Shown here one piece after another: positions 30,533-41,097 of a DNA stretch of 64,000 bases. Positions within the stretch are counted from its first letter, which is position 1. Each line of letters starts with the position of its first letter. The DNA comes from a virus, in the IMG/VR virus record IMGVR_UViG_3300037155_000072, positions 10,867-74,866 of that record; one strand, written 5' to 3'. The notes below the pieces were generated by a model. That model had not been told where the DNA came from and did not search any database. It saw only the letters and a program-made list of their open reading frames with translations. Made by a program: the position numbers and the translations under genes.

Positions 30533-31165
30533 TTAAGGTTCAAAAAGAATCTCCCTCGCGTGGTCTAAATAGTCCGGGGTATTTAAACACTTCAGACAAG
30601 GGTTCAGCCGAGTTCCCGGGACGAGGGTCGGGGGTAGCCACCAGAATATGTGACGAAACTCTACCCCGCAATAACTCCGAATGTATTCAACGGGTTGCCC
30701 GGTGCGATAACGAAGTAGCATAGCGCCGAATTCGTTTGTCGCCACATGAACCACCAAGTCCCGTTGGCGGACGCTGATTTGCGCTGGAACTCCGGACTGT
30801 TCGCAGAATCGGACTATGAGGGCGGCAAGGAGGAGAGTTGGCTTTGGGTCCTGGCCCTCATAGACGCGCAGCGAGGTGAATTCCCGGTTGGCCCCTGGGA
30901 GTATCGGGATTCGCTGTGCGTCCGCCGATAGCCGCGTTGCGCGTTTCAACTCTTTCCCCCGGAGGAAAGAGAGCACGGGCTTGTATCGGCGGACAATAGA
31001 CGGGTAGGCTTCTTTGGCGTCGCGCACCAGGAAGTGAATCGTCTCACCACAGTCCTTCTCCCAGGCTGCCCGTAGCGCCCGGTGGTAGGCCGCCGTGACG
31101 CGGCAGAGGGTATTTGAATGGCTCAGCCGGAGGAGCTGGCCGAACGTGAGATTTGCGATATTCAT
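30533..31165 (-). CDS. Hypothetical protein
   Basis: ORF in early operon. Confidence 0.5.
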   Translation of the reverse strand: MNIANLTFGQLLRLSHSNTLCRVTAAYHRALRAAWEKDCGETIHFLVRDAKEAYPSIVRRYKPVLSFLRGKELKRATRLSADAQRIPILPGANREFTSLRVYEGQDPKPTLLLAALIVRFCEQSGVPAQISVRQRDLVVHVATNEFGAMLLRYRTGQPVEYIRSYCGVEFRHIFWWLPPTLVPGTRLNPCLKCLNTPDYLDHAREILFEP

Positions 31166-31250
31166 CTTTTACGCCATAACCAAATTGCGAACGCGACCTC
31201 CGCCGCTGCGACGGGGATTAGCATAACTAGAACTAAGCAGTCGAAATAAC

Positions 31251-31499
31251 TCATTCGAAAAACCTTTCCACGAGCGTATTGCGCGCGTCCTGCGAGTTGA
31301 CCGACAACCAGCGGCGCACAAAGTCGGCCGCCAGCTTGGGGCGGAGGAACACCGTGTTCCTGAACTTCGCGGAGTGCAGGACGATGCCCCGCTTAGAGTC
31401 CCCGGACCAGGAGCAGAGCCGGTCAAAGTTATTTTCGGCCTTGACCGCTTTGACGGCGGCCCTACGGTTCATTTCTACGATTTCAGCGAGTGCGAACAT
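31251..31499 (-). CDS. Hypothetical protein
   Basis: ORF in early operon. Confidence 0.5.
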   Translation of the reverse strand: MFALAEIVEMNRRAAVKAVKAENNFDRLCSWSGDSKRGIVLHSAKFRNTVFLRPKLAADFVRRWLSVNSQDARNTLVERFFE

Positions 31500-31505
31500 A
31501 GGATT

Positions 31506-31709
31506 TTAGTTCAGGTTGAGGAATGTTTCAGCGTCGCCAATCCAGCACGAGCAGCCGGGGGCGTTGTGGGCCGGGTGATTCGAGGGGAGATACGCGTTCT
31601 TCAGGAGCCAAGCGCCCTTGTTGCAGAGCTCGTCGTGGCGTTTGACTGCCAGCGCGCGGCGAAGCAGGACTTTCGCCTGCTCCAAAAGTTCGTTTTGTTT
31701 ATCGTTCAT
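31506..31709 (-). CDS. Hypothetical protein (leaderless)
   Basis: TTGACA-N16-(TGa)TATTGT-6 nt-ATG. Confidence 0.55.
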   Translation of the reverse strand: MNDKQNELLEQAKVLLRRALAVKRHDELCNKGAWLLKNAYLPSNHPAHNAPGCSCWIGDAETFLNLN

Positions 31710-31756
31710 GCCTACACAATATCAAACCCTGGCCCGATGTCAACACTCTACAACCT

Positions 31757-32269
31757 TTATTTTACGGTTGTAGTTGAGCTTATAGGGAAGTTAAGACGGG
31801 CGAATTCTCCGAAATACTTGAGGGCGGCACGGTCATAGGCTCGGGCGGCCTCTTCTTCGGTAGAAAAGAGGCCCAAATGAATTGCGCCCTCGCGCGGTTG
31901 TAAGAGTGCCCTCCAGGGATTCAGTTGGCTCCCTGACCGACTTACGCCCTTGAACGCACTGGCACAGAGAGAAAACTTTCTCCGATTGCCTTGGTTTTGC
32001 GTCGGAGTTGCCTCCCGCAGGTTCGCGCGTCGATTGTCCAAACCAATTCCGTCAATGTGGTCGGCCCGATTAATCCAGCCCCATCGTTGGGCTAAGTTTT
32101 GGTGCATAAGATACTGCCGCTGTCGCCCGTCTTCCAGACGCCGCTGCCGCCCCGCATAAAAATTCCCGTTCGGACGGCGCACAGCAAACCACTCCCATTG
32201 AGTTAAATATTCAAAACTATCGTCATCCACGATTGCCACCTGAGATTGAGTAAGGAGGATTGTATTCAT
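31757..32269 (-). CDS. HNH-AP2 homing endonuclease
   Basis: [14 protein letters not shown]; [17 protein letters not shown]; [21 protein letters not shown]; ATGA-coupled start. Confidence 0.9.
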   Translation of the reverse strand: MNTILLTQSQVAIVDDDSFEYLTQWEWFAVRRPNGNFYAGRQRRLEDGRQRQYLMHQNLAQRWGWINRADHIDGIGLDNRRANLREATPTQNQGNRRKFSLCASAFKGVSRSGSQLNPWRALLQPREGAIHLGLFSTEEEAARAYDRAALKYFGEFARLNFPISSTTTVK

Positions 32270-33837
32270 GTAAATTTTAGATTGTCGGGAGTTAAGTCGC
32301 CGTCTGTCAGAGCATCCAAACAGTTTAATTTTCCGACCAGACTTCGGTGCATTTTCACTTCTACCGTCCCAGCAGCAAAAATCACCCTGTAGTAGGACCG
32401 GCTCTTGCCATTTTCTCTTTGGAAGCGTCCAAAGACTTGCTGGAGCGTCACGGCCGAGAAGCAGGGAGAAACCAACCCGACACGAGGAAAAGCCCCGTGT
32501 AGGTCGTGCAGAGAGAGGCAGACGCCCCCCGCTTCGGAGTTGACGAGGAGCGACCGGCATACGTTGTCTTGAAATAGGTCAACCGTTTTCTCACGAGTGC
32601 GAACCGACTCCGGGCTGCCGTCTATAATCCTGGCCTTCGGCAGTAATTTCTGGAGCTCTTCAATCGTTTGCCGGAAGTTCAGGAATATCGCCACTGAAAA
32701 GCCCTTATCCAGGTAATCCTGCGCGAGCTCGGTGAAAATGGGCACTTTCAGCAACTCCACCTCTTGCCGGAGCCGAAGGATTTTTGTCAGCGGATGCTCG
32801 GGGTCTTTATCCGCGTCCCGGCACTCGCGCAGGCGGCCCAGGGCCTCGGACATCTGCGAGTAGGCCCCGTTGATTTTCTCCGGGTCGTCAATGTCGTAGA
32901 GCTCGGCCTGGATGTCGCGTTCGGGGAAGCCGGGGATGTCTTCGGCGGTGACACGAACGCCGCGTTCGGGAATAATTGAGGCTCGGATTTGCGCCATCGT
33001 TTCTTGAAGCTCTGTTTGACCTCCGAAATATTTCCAACCATGCCAGCGAGGGTCGTAGCGGCAGCCAAAAGATTCGGCCCACCGTTTAAACGACGGGGAG
33101 CGAAGCTGGACGCCTAGCTTGGCCGGGCCAACCTTGTCCGCGTCTAGATTGTGCAAGTCGAGTAGGTATCCAAGCGCACGGAATTGTATCGGACTATGCG
33201 CCAACGTCGCGGAAAGCCCAAGGACTTTATGAGGGCCTCGTTTCGCTCCAATGAGCATGTCCGCATTAAGAGAATCGACGCCATTACATCGGTGTGTTTC
33301 ATCGAAAATGATGGTTCCGATTGACGGATGAAAACTAAAATGGCCGTAACGCGGAGCCCGGCGCTTGACGACGATGCAGTGTATCCCTCGTGGGTGATGC
33401 GGACACGGTTGCGGCTTAATAGGGTCAATCCGGCACTGGCAAATCTCACAGTGCAGAAAAGTAGTCGGTTGAATATTCTCGTTGCTCCATTTTCCGAAAG
33501 GAGAACGGCCAGTCCGTAGCATCTCATAACCTATGACACTGATTTTTTCTCCGAGGTATTCCGCTGCGCGTTCCCAGGAGGACCGAGCAATTTTCGGAGC
33601 GACCACCAAAGTAGGCAGCCCCAGACTGATTCCGACAGCAGTGCCCACATACGTTTTGCCAGTCCCGGTCCCACTGCAATCGACGGCACTGCCTCGGGTT
33701 TGCAGCACGGCCCGCAGGTGCGAGAAGGGCGCGCGTTGGTGTGGTCTAAGTTTTTCATTCAGGTCCGAATTGCTTAGCAAGAGAATCCTCCTGGCACCAT
33801 TCTGCGTGCTCGTTGGTGATTGTGCCGCAGGTATCAC
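32266..33837 (-). CDS. SF2 (SNF2/ResIII-like) helicase; start uncertain
   Basis: [38 protein letters not shown]. Confidence 0.88.
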   Translation of the reverse strand: MIPAAQSPTSTQNGARRILLLSNSDLNEKLRPHQRAPFSHLRAVLQTRGSAVDCSGTGTGKTYVGTAVGISLGLPTLVVAPKIARSSWERAAEYLGEKISVIGYEMLRTGRSPFGKWSNENIQPTTFLHCEICQCRIDPIKPQPCPHHPRGIHCIVVKRRAPRYGHFSFHPSIGTIIFDETHRCNGVDSLNADMLIGAKRGPHKVLGLSATLAHSPIQFRALGYLLDLHNLDADKVGPAKLGVQLRSPSFKRWAESFGCRYDPRWHGWKYFGGQTELQETMAQIRASIIPERGVRVTAEDIPGFPERDIQAELYDIDDPEKINGAYSQMSEALGRLRECRDADKDPEHPLTKILRLRQEVELLKVPIFTELAQDYLDKGFSVAIFLNFRQTIEELQKLLPKARIIDGSPESVRTREKTVDLFQDNVCRSLLVNSEAGGVCLSLHDLHGAFPRVGLVSPCFSAVTLQQVFGRFQRENGKSRSYYRVIFAAGTVEVKMHRSLVGKLNCLDALTDGDLTPDNLKFT

Positions 33838-33961
33838 ATCTGGCTAGCGCCCCACACTTAGGGCATTCATATCCGTAGACGAATCGCTGAAGTCCAACGC
33901 CGATGTCTACTTCCTCGGCGCATTCTTCACAGCCCTCAAGGTTGCATCGGGGACACCTCAT
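33755..33961 (-). CDS. Small Cys-rich zinc-finger protein
   Basis: CPRC...EVDIGVG...CPKC...CDTC. Confidence 0.55.
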   Translation of the reverse strand: MRCPRCNLEGCEECAEEVDIGVGLQRFVYGYECPKCGALARCDTCGTITNEHAEWCQEDSLAKQFGPE

Positions 33962-34161
33962 GGGACTCCTAAACACACGTGGGGGCCAAAGCAGTTGCAC
34001 AATGGGCAGGGCTCATCGCGAAAAACGGTGGGTCCGAGAATCTTGGGCACCTTGTCGAGCTCCGGCTCGCGGTTCTCGTCTTTGAATTTATAGGTTCCTG
34101 GGGCGCGGTTGGTTTCACCGGGCGACGCGTCGTTGTTGTCGATTGCAGTTTTTTCACTCAT
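33958..34161 (-). CDS. Hypothetical protein
   Basis: Coupled ORF with CxxC...HxC. Confidence 0.45.
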   Translation of the reverse strand: MSEKTAIDNNDASPGETNRAPGTYKFKDENREPELDKVPKILGPTVFRDEPCPLCNCFGPHVCLGVP

Positions 34162-34248
34162 AATCAGTAGTCACTCAGTCAAGGTCGTGGAGCACCCCAA
34201 AGTAGAACGCGAGCAGGAAGACGAAAAGCGCGAGGTGCCAGAGGTGCA

Positions 34249-34473
34249 TCAGTTTCTAGAAAAGTCCTGGGGTTCGCCCCAGCCAATTCGTTTCGACGCT
34301 TCCACGAACGCGTTCACGTCTTTGTGCCTCAGCTCGCGCAGCCGGACCAACCAATACTGACCAGTCTCACCGCACACCCATTGCTCGCCGGGCTTGGCGA
34401 ACCTAACCACAGCGAGGAGTTGCTCTACTCCTTTGGCGTCGATGGTTGCTTTATTTTCGGGCGTCAGGTCCAT
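34249..34473 (-). CDS. Hypothetical protein
   Basis: Small phage-type ORF (..RFA..G....GETGQY...SKRIGW). Confidence 0.55.
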   Translation of the reverse strand: MDLTPENKATIDAKGVEQLLAVVRFAKPGEQWVCGETGQYWLVRLRELRHKDVNAFVEASKRIGWGEPQDFSRN

Positions 34474-34644
34474 ATTAGTCCGGCGACTGCGAGCCTCTAA
34501 AATCCTCCCGGATTACAAACCACATCAGCACGAGAACGACCACCACGAGACTCCCCACGAAAACGGGAAAGCACTCGTAAGCGACGGCCCCTAACCCCAG
34601 TAGCGTTCCCATAACGCAAGAAGCCTTAATTCCAGGTGTAATTT

Positions 34645-35106
34645 TCATGAGTGTAGTTTTGCAACAGCGCGCATGTGTTCATGAAGGGCCTCGTCGGTCA
34701 GGTTCCTCAACTGAGTCCCGTCAAGAGTTTGGTTGGGGGAGCCGGGGTCTTTCAACTTCTCGGCTTCAATTTCCTTCTGAAGCAGGGCCAGCGCGCGCCA
34801 TGCCATTTTCACCGAATGGCGGACCCCGTCGGTGTCCATAGTGCCGCGTTGGAGAAAATGGCGCATCATCGTGTCCGCTTCGTCTGCTGACTTTCCACGC
34901 GCCCAGTGTAAAGGCTGCCCAGGGTTATGCTGTTCGTTCCCGCGGCGGGATAGATTCGCAATGGCACAGATTGCATCTGGGAAGTAGTCCAGGAACCCCG
35001 AGGCGACTGGGAACATCTTGCGCTCGTCAGCCTTCAACGGGAGAGTAGTGGCTCGGGTGGGCGCGCCGCCAATGCCCGTCATGGCGTAGGGTGTGCTGGC
35101 GCTCAT
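34645..35106 (-). CDS. dATP/dGTP diphosphohydrolase-like (DUF5664)
   Basis: G.LDYFPDA...S..GN.QH...W..GKS.D..D...RH......D.DG..H..K.AWRALA. Confidence 0.75.
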   Translation of the reverse strand: MSASTPYAMTGIGGAPTRATTLPLKADERKMFPVASGFLDYFPDAICAIANLSRRGNEQHNPGQPLHWARGKSADEADTMMRHFLQRGTMDTDGVRHSVKMAWRALALLQKEIEAEKLKDPGSPNQTLDGTQLRNLTDEALHEHMRAVAKLHS

Positions 35107-35666
35107 ACTAAATCAATCTGGACGCGGTAGTCCTCGGAGTGTGGTAAGTCGGTGAGGTTAAAACTCCCGTCGTGGGTAGGGTGAATGAACTGAAATGGGA
35201 TGCCGAATCCTCGGGCTATCTCGATTTCCGCAGCCACCCCGGTAGACTCGCGCCAGCCCGGCAACGTGAGAATAACGAACCGGCAGGAGAGTTGGATAAA
35301 CTCGGTGTCTATCCGCTTCCAGAAATTCCAATCCCCTTTTACCTCGGGGTAGAGCACGTGAATGGGGTGCGAGTGGGTAATCGGACTGAGAATATTCCAG
35401 CCGCAAGTATTAATAAGATACCCCGCTGCACGAGTCACTGCCTCGAATCTAAATCGCTGCACGAGCTCAGTGATTCGTTTGTCCGGAGACTTGTAAGAGT
35501 AGGGCACCGCGAGATAGGTGAGTGGCGCGGCAACTAATCCGTGAAAAGGTTTCTTCTTCACGCTGTCCGGCTCCGGTAGAGTGAGTTTTACGGGTAGCAC
35601 GTGCCGGTAGGTTTCAATCCCACCAACTAAGGGAGGACAGGAGTTGTCTATTTCTGGATTGTTCAT
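35103..35666 (-). CDS. DUF1937 / nucleoside deoxyribosyltransferase-like
   Basis: YLAVPYS, SPITHSH, W...D, LPGWRESTGVAAEI..A. Confidence 0.75.
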   Translation of the reverse strand: MNNPEIDNSCPPLVGGIETYRHVLPVKLTLPEPDSVKKKPFHGLVAAPLTYLAVPYSYKSPDKRITELVQRFRFEAVTRAAGYLINTCGWNILSPITHSHPIHVLYPEVKGDWNFWKRIDTEFIQLSCRFVILTLPGWRESTGVAAEIEIARGFGIPFQFIHPTHDGSFNLTDLPHSEDYRVQIDLV

Positions 35667-35669
35667 AGT

Positions 35670-36659
35670 TTATTCGAAAGCGGAAAAGGTTTCAACCGGT
35701 GCCGCATCCAGCGACGTGAGGAATTCCTGGACGGTCCAGACGCGTGTCGAGGGAGGCGCTTCCGGCGCGTTCCAAATCACCGGCAGCCTGTCGCCTTGCC
35801 GTTGAGCAGAGACTTTTCGAATCGCGTCCTGGTCCAGCGCGGCCGCCATATGGTCGTCTACGCCCGGTTTCTTCGTCCGTTGCATATACGCCTGGGGCGA
35901 GGTCATGACGTGGAAGTGTTGGAAGCCCGCTTCTTTGAGCGCGTTGAACCCGGCCGTGGTCGTCACGTTGGTAATTGCCACGCGGGGGAAATTCACAGAC
36001 CCGGCGAAAGCAACCAGCAGCTTAATCCAAAATCCTGGTGTGCCGAAGTCCGGCCATTCTTTTGCCACCGACTGAACGAACAACCAGCGCGCGGGAGTCA
36101 GCGGCACCTCTTTCGAGATAGTGCCTTCGCCCCAGGCAAACACCGTAGGGAACAGCGTGGAAAAATGTTCGGGCTTGTTCGCGAGAGGGAACACGGCTCG
36201 GGCGGCCGCTACTAACGGAGCCGAGGCATCCAGCACCTTTGCCTTGATTTGCTGCGCCAGCCAATCCTTCCCTACCCCAGTGCGGCCGGTGAAGAAAAAG
36301 CGAGTGTTCGTCACTGGCGCGGGTTCAGTGGCGAAGGTGGATATGTCCATAGTCGGCGGAGACGCGGACAACACGAGTGGCGCGAGCGGAGCGAGCGGAG
36401 CCTCAGTCGCGGCACCGGGGAGTGTATTCTTAACGCTAGGCCCCACCACCGTCTTCGGGGAAGGGGCGGGCGACGTAAATAAAGGGTCGTGGTCGGTGAT
36501 TGTCGCTCCGTCCGTCCGTTGCGGGCCGCTGTAATCCTTGTCCGGGATTATCTGCGTGGTCGGAGGCAAGTCCTCCCTCTGTGCTGAGGGACTCTGTGCC
36601 ACCAATGCCGCCAGGGCAGACATCGGGTCCAGGTTTTGAGGTATGTTCAGTGTTTCCAT
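35670..36659 (-). CDS. dNMP kinase-like P-loop protein with low-complexity N-terminus
   Basis: FTGRTGVGKDWLA. Confidence 0.55.
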   Translation of the reverse strand: METLNIPQNLDPMSALAALVAQSPSAQREDLPPTTQIIPDKDYSGPQRTDGATITDHDPLFTSPAPSPKTVVGPSVKNTLPGAATEAPLAPLAPLVLSASPPTMDISTFATEPAPVTNTRFFFTGRTGVGKDWLAQQIKAKVLDASAPLVAAARAVFPLANKPEHFSTLFPTVFAWGEGTISKEVPLTPARWLFVQSVAKEWPDFGTPGFWIKLLVAFAGSVNFPRVAITNVTTTAGFNALKEAGFQHFHVMTSPQAYMQRTKKPGVDDHMAAALDQDAIRKVSAQRQGDRLPVIWNAPEAPPSTRVWTVQEFLTSLDAAPVETFSAFE

Positions 36660-36947
36660 ATTTTAATTCCGTATCGGTATCTACAAAATAGTGCGGTGGA
36701 ACCTGGAGCGGGACCTCATCGGCCTCGCCCTCTATCAGATAGACTTCTATGCAACCGTTCATAATTCATCTTTCACTGTGCCGAGGTTAGCAGTCCCTCG
36801 GCATAGTCACAACCTCATTCTACAACCCAAGCAACGGCTGTCACACGCTGAGGTGTTGCATTCCCGGCATAGTCCATCTTTACGCACCAGTCCGCTGCTG
36901 CCTTAGTAAAAAAAGGCCCGGAACCGCAGACATACCAAACCCAGATT

Positions 36948-37514
36948 TTAACCTTTCGCGGCATAGCCACAAAGCTTTCTCCGGAGAGCCTTCGCCACCG
37001 AGGGGGTAAGAGAGGACAGGGTTTTGCAAAAGTTCTGGCGGCGTTCTATTTCGTTCTCGATTGCTTCCCACAACGCGTCGAGCCCGGCCACGTGCAGCTC
37101 AATAGCGGACATCTGGCGCTCCAGAAGAACGAGAGTTGTTTTCTGCGCCGGAACTCGGGAGTCCAGCACCGTGCCGCGCCGTTGAAAAAGCTTGTAGGCG
37201 CGCTGGGCGTTCTCTCGTGTCGCACAAACCCGGTGCAAACGCCGGTCCAGTTTCTCCCAGGTCAGTGACTGGAGACGCACCGAGACTTTCTGCTCTTGGG
37301 GAATTGCAACCCGCTTGGACTCGAATACCGTAGCTCGTGCCTCGCGCCAAGTCTTTCGTTCGCTATTGGTTGAGTGTGCCAGGGGCGCACAAAGCATTTC
37401 TGTCGCGACTTCCTTGGGCAGGTGGTCTTTATCCACGATTTTGAGTTGTTCGCCCCGGTTCCGTTGGTTGACGAATTCGGCATCCCGTCGATTTTGATTA
37501 ATGTGATTATTCAT
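36948..37514 (-). CDS. Hypothetical protein
   Basis: ORF in operon. Confidence 0.5.
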   Translation of the reverse strand: MNNHINQNRRDAEFVNQRNRGEQLKIVDKDHLPKEVATEMLCAPLAHSTNSERKTWREARATVFESKRVAIPQEQKVSVRLQSLTWEKLDRRLHRVCATRENAQRAYKLFQRRGTVLDSRVPAQKTTLVLLERQMSAIELHVAGLDALWEAIENEIERRQNFCKTLSSLTPSVAKALRRKLCGYAAKG

Positions 37515-38493
37515 TTGTATTAGTTTTGTTTGTGTCTTGTTTGTTTAAAATCTCCACCTCTTTGAAAACTGTCCAGCCCGAGGTGAGTTTGCCGAGATAC
37601 CATTGCGCGAACCCTTGAACTACCCCTCGGAGAATTCCCTGTTTAAACTCTGCGAAAAGTTCTTGCTTAATCCAATCAGACTCCTCGGCAAGTAAATCGG
37701 TTTGGAGCTCGGCGATGAGCGGACCGATGTCTTTGGCTTCCTGTTTCAAGACGCCCTGTTCGCGGAGGTGCTGCACGGCTTTCAACCACCGGGCTTCCGT
37801 TCGTAGCTTCTTGGTCAGCTTTTCACCAATCGGACCAAATCCAGCCTCCCCCTTCGGGTGCGCTTTGAACCCCATTTTTTCTTTGAACTTGTCGCTGACT
37901 ACCTTGGCCGTCATCGGATGCCCGGGGCGCTCGCCGTGGGATTTCGAATAGTTCTTGAGCACGAAGCCCTCGATTTTACAGCCTCCGAGGCTCGACTCAA
38001 GGTGTAGTAACGTCGAGGAAAAATCCGCGGTCGGTGCGGGCTGCCCATGCCACAGCCTCGCAACTACCTCCAGGCCCAAAAACATAGCGTGACGTTCCTT
38101 CTCCGCCACGTCCAGATATTCCCCGGAGGAGTCGATAACGTCGAACAGCACCAGATTGCCCTTCGGCACCCGGCCGTATGTTAGGACGTTATGCTTCGGC
38201 TTGGCAAGGAATTCGCATTGATACGTCCAGCCCTCGCTTAGCACCGCGTCTTTAAAGCAGCGATGCGCGGATTCGACAGCGAGTTTAAACATGCCGGGAT
38301 TTTCTTGGTCAATCACGGTGGACTTGCTACGGCAAATAAGCGCCATGAGTGCCCCCGTCATGGAATAGGCATCGGGCGCAACATTAAACGAAAATTGGCT
38401 GCCGTCGTATTTCTCTTCAACGACGACGGTGCCGTCGAGGATACCGGCGGTGTGCCGTTCGCCCAGGCGATATATTTTTGGTATTGTAGTCAT
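37507..38493 (-). CDS. ATP-dependent RNA ligase (Rnl2-like)
   Basis: EEKYDGSQFSF, EF, LFDV, IEGFVLK, AKVVSDKFKE nucleotidyltransferase motifs. Confidence 0.8.
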   Translation of the reverse strand: MTTIPKIYRLGERHTAGILDGTVVVEEKYDGSQFSFNVAPDAYSMTGALMALICRSKSTVIDQENPGMFKLAVESAHRCFKDAVLSEGWTYQCEFLAKPKHNVLTYGRVPKGNLVLFDVIDSSGEYLDVAEKERHAMFLGLEVVARLWHGQPAPTADFSSTLLHLESSLGGCKIEGFVLKNYSKSHGERPGHPMTAKVVSDKFKEKMGFKAHPKGEAGFGPIGEKLTKKLRTEARWLKAVQHLREQGVLKQEAKDIGPLIAELQTDLLAEESDWIKQELFAEFKQGILRGVVQGFAQWYLGKLTSGWTVFKEVEILNKQDTNKTNTNE

Positions 38494-38497
38494 AATC

Positions 38498-38803
38498 TCA
38501 AAGAACCGCTGACACATTATCAGACTCTACCGAAGGTGCAACCCCTATTTCACTGATTTCTACGATTTCAGTTTCGATAATAGGTTGGTTAAGTTCAGCA
38601 CAGAAATCTACTGCCACCTTTACCAGCCGGTCAAACACGAACGGGGGCACCACGTAACCGCACGGGCCGCCCGAGGATGAAATGATTATTTTCTCCGGAC
38701 CGTTCCATCCATAAGAGATTTGACCGTGCTTAAACTCCTCGCGCAAGACAGAGATTTCGTAGTAAGTCCCCGAGCATCCGAAAACATTGACTTTCCATTT
38801 CAT
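38498..38803 (-). CDS. Hypothetical protein
   Basis: ORF in operon. Confidence 0.5.
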   Translation of the reverse strand: MKWKVNVFGCSGTYYEISVLREEFKHGQISYGWNGPEKIIISSSGGPCGYVVPPFVFDRLVKVAVDFCAELNQPIIETEIVEISEIGVAPSVESDNVSAVL

Positions 38804-39042
38804 AATATTGGTAATTCATGGACCTGATATAGTGGCGCACCCTCAGTAGGCTCGGGGAGGTTAGCCCACACATGCGCCGGAGCTAAAGACTTCGATTGCA
38901 CTCCATTCTCATCCAGGCTCGCAGTCCAGCCATAATAGCAGACCCTAATCGCGTAATCAAACTGAGGCGTGAGCTGGCGCGGATTATCAGGCGGCGCAAG
39001 TTTAGGCGCGGTTTCCATTGTCAAGGCTCCATAAAAGTCCAA
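38800..39042 (-). CDS. Hypothetical protein
   Basis: Coupled ORF. Confidence 0.4.
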   Translation of the reverse strand: MDFYGALTMETAPKLAPPDNPRQLTPQFDYAIRVCYYGWTASLDENGVQSKSLAPAHVWANLPEPTEGAPLYQVHELPIL

Positions 39043-39267
39043 TCCTCGCCAAACACAGTCTGCTCAGCTTTGGACGGTTCGCCGTTCTTCTTAAGAATTC
39101 GACAAGTCAACCAGGGCTGACAGTCGTCGTCATCGAAGCTGTGATGTTGAAAAGCGACGACTTGTAACACGTTGCGCTTTCCTTTTGTGCGCACTCGGCA
39201 ACCCACCGTCACCCCGAAGTTACGACGCCAGTGCTCTTCTCGAATACTCCTCAATGAACTTTTCATT
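39021..39267 (-). CDS. Hypothetical protein (start uncertain)
   Basis: Protein-like C-terminal half (..RILKKNGEPSK..). Confidence 0.4.
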
Positions 39268-39642
39268 GAGGCCCAGCGCGATGAGAGCTCTGCGCTCCGA
39301 CTCCGTAACCACTGCGCGACTTGCCCGAGATATTCGAGACTGCAACCTTTTAAATCGCTTTTCTCTATATCGCTCGCACTCGTCGATTTCGTCGAGGAGG
39401 TAGGGCAGGGCGTGCCGGGCGGCCACCCAGAAGTAATAGAGTCGCCAGCAGTGGATGCAATCGGTTTCTGGTCGAGGAATTTTCCGCAGTAGCACAAATC
39501 CGTCCCCGAGAAGGAAGCGGCTGATGGATTTATGTTGTGCGATTTTGTAGTGGTGTTTTTCACATTCGATACAGGTTCGGCCGTTTATTGGCGACCAGCG
39601 CAAATCAGCCCGGCGGGATTTGCGTTTGGGTTTTGTCCACAT
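39220..39642 (-). CDS. Hypothetical protein with CxxC pairs
   Basis: CIEC...CIHC...AARHALPYLLDEI. Confidence 0.45.
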   Translation of the reverse strand: MWTKPKRKSRRADLRWSPINGRTCIECEKHHYKIAQHKSISRFLLGDGFVLLRKIPRPETDCIHCWRLYYFWVAARHALPYLLDEIDECERYREKRFKRLQSRISRASRAVVTESERRALIALGLNEKFIEEYSRRALAS

Positions 39643-40180
39643 TTAGCGAGGCCCTCTCGGTCATTTCCTGCACGCTCTTCGCCGCGTCTGCGTCACTACA
39701 TTCACAGCGGCGCATTAACTCAGCAACTGAAATCGACACTCCGTCGTTACCGTGCAGTAGATATTTTTCAGGGTCCGTAAGGGCTTCAACCGTCTGTTGG
39801 CCGTGCGAAACCACCCTTACCCGGTCCTGGTAAGCCGATTTGATTTTCGCACGCTGCACCAGAAAAGCGTCAATCCTGCGCTTGTATTCACGGGCCAAAT
39901 TCTCCCAATGACCGGCTTCGCCTAGTTTACGAAAAGACTTACTGTCCCGTTCCGCCTTCTGAAGTTTAACGAGGTATTTTTGTGTCAGCCGCTGTGATTG
40001 GGCCAGCATACGTTCATAGCCATCTGCAAAATCCTCCGCTTTCCACTTCGCTTCGCGTTCTTCCCGATACCACCGCCCGTGAACCAGCGAAAACATATCT
40101 GGGCACTGAGTAATCAGCCCCCACATACCGAATGCGCCACACACCGCACCGACCACCATAAGAAAGAAAAGCCCCATCAT
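39605..40180 (-). CDS. Membrane-anchored coiled-coil protein
   Basis: N-terminal transmembrane segment. Confidence 0.5.
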   Translation of the reverse strand: MMGLFFLMVVGAVCGAFGMWGLITQCPDMFSLVHGRWYREEREAKWKAEDFADGYERMLAQSQRLTQKYLVKLQKAERDSKSFRKLGEAGHWENLAREYKRRIDAFLVQRAKIKSAYQDRVRVVSHGQQTVEALTDPEKYLLHGNDGVSISVAELMRRCECSDADAAKSVQEMTERASLNVDKTQTQIPPG

Positions 40181-40461
40181 TGTATCCTCCTAAAATTCTT
40201 TTCCCAAAGTTCTTTTGCTATGACTGTTGCCACCTCGGTGACAAACTCCTCGCGCAGCAAAGGCATCTCGCGATGCATTAACTCATGAATCAGTGTATCC
40301 AGATAATCTAATGGGCGCAGCCGAGGGTCTACCTCGATTGCGCCACTACTCTGATAGCATACGCCCCAGCCTGGATGCCCCTTACTATAGGGACCTTTCT
40401 TGGTCTGGTTGCGCTCGATGACCGGCGGGTAGGTCTTGCTGGTGTTGAGTTTGACTCTCAT
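40177..40461 (-). CDS. Small HExxH metallopeptidase-like protein
   Basis: GVC....IEVDPRL....LDTLIHELMH...EE.V. Confidence 0.65.
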   Translation of the reverse strand: MRVKLNTSKTYPPVIERNQTKKGPYSKGHPGWGVCYQSSGAIEVDPRLRPLDYLDTLIHELMHREMPLLREEFVTEVATVIAKELWEKNFRRIQ

Positions 40462-40931
40462 TTCCTGGCTCTTGGTATGAACTCTCTCACTTCGTCCCAG
40501 GTGTAACTGAAGCAGCCAGAGTAGTTACAGCGATACGCGTCGCCTGAACCCCCTACCCGGACCACCGTTTTCAGTCGGCGGCACAGGGGACACGTCACCC
40601 GCAACGGATTTACTGAGGTCACGGCACTCACAGCATTCTTCGACGGCGGTGCATCCACAATTTGAACTCCGTCCAGAATCAGGTCCGCCAGTGACGCCCG
40701 TATCCGAATCTCCGGCCGGTGTTGATTTGCCTCGCAGGTCAATCCCGTCGCTAGCAGCTCCGCTTCGCTGTAGGGGGGATGGTCGTTGTATTCCGCCATC
40801 ACCCTCTCGTTCTGTTTCGCACGCTCTAAAGCTGTTCGCTGGAGCGACTGGACTACCATAGCTCTTGCGGCTGCGATTGTTTCCACTGGGTTCGAAGCCA
40901 GTGGCAGGTGTGCCAAAGTTGATTTCGTCAT
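40458..40931 (-). CDS. Hypothetical protein with C-terminal Zn finger
   Basis: CPLC...C...GC. Confidence 0.5.
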   Translation of the reverse strand: MTKSTLAHLPLASNPVETIAAARAMVVQSLQRTALERAKQNERVMAEYNDHPPYSEAELLATGLTCEANQHRPEIRIRASLADLILDGVQIVDAPPSKNAVSAVTSVNPLRVTCPLCRRLKTVVRVGGSGDAYRCNYSGCFSYTWDEVREFIPRARK

Positions 40932-41097
40932 AGTTGTGTCTCCATCCCGGCGACCGTTCTTTGTCGCCTTTTCCTGCGCAGTGATTTAGTTCATTCATAA
41001 GAAAAAACGTGCTGGCCTACTTTCTTTTGCCCGGACCAACGCGGGAGTTCTGGCCTATTTTATAAACACCGGACCAGCGCGGCACAGCGAGTTAGCT

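Noticed and set aside
34645-35106. Z-genome (2-aminoadenine) system
   Set aside because: No PurZ or HD-family dATPase seen in the window
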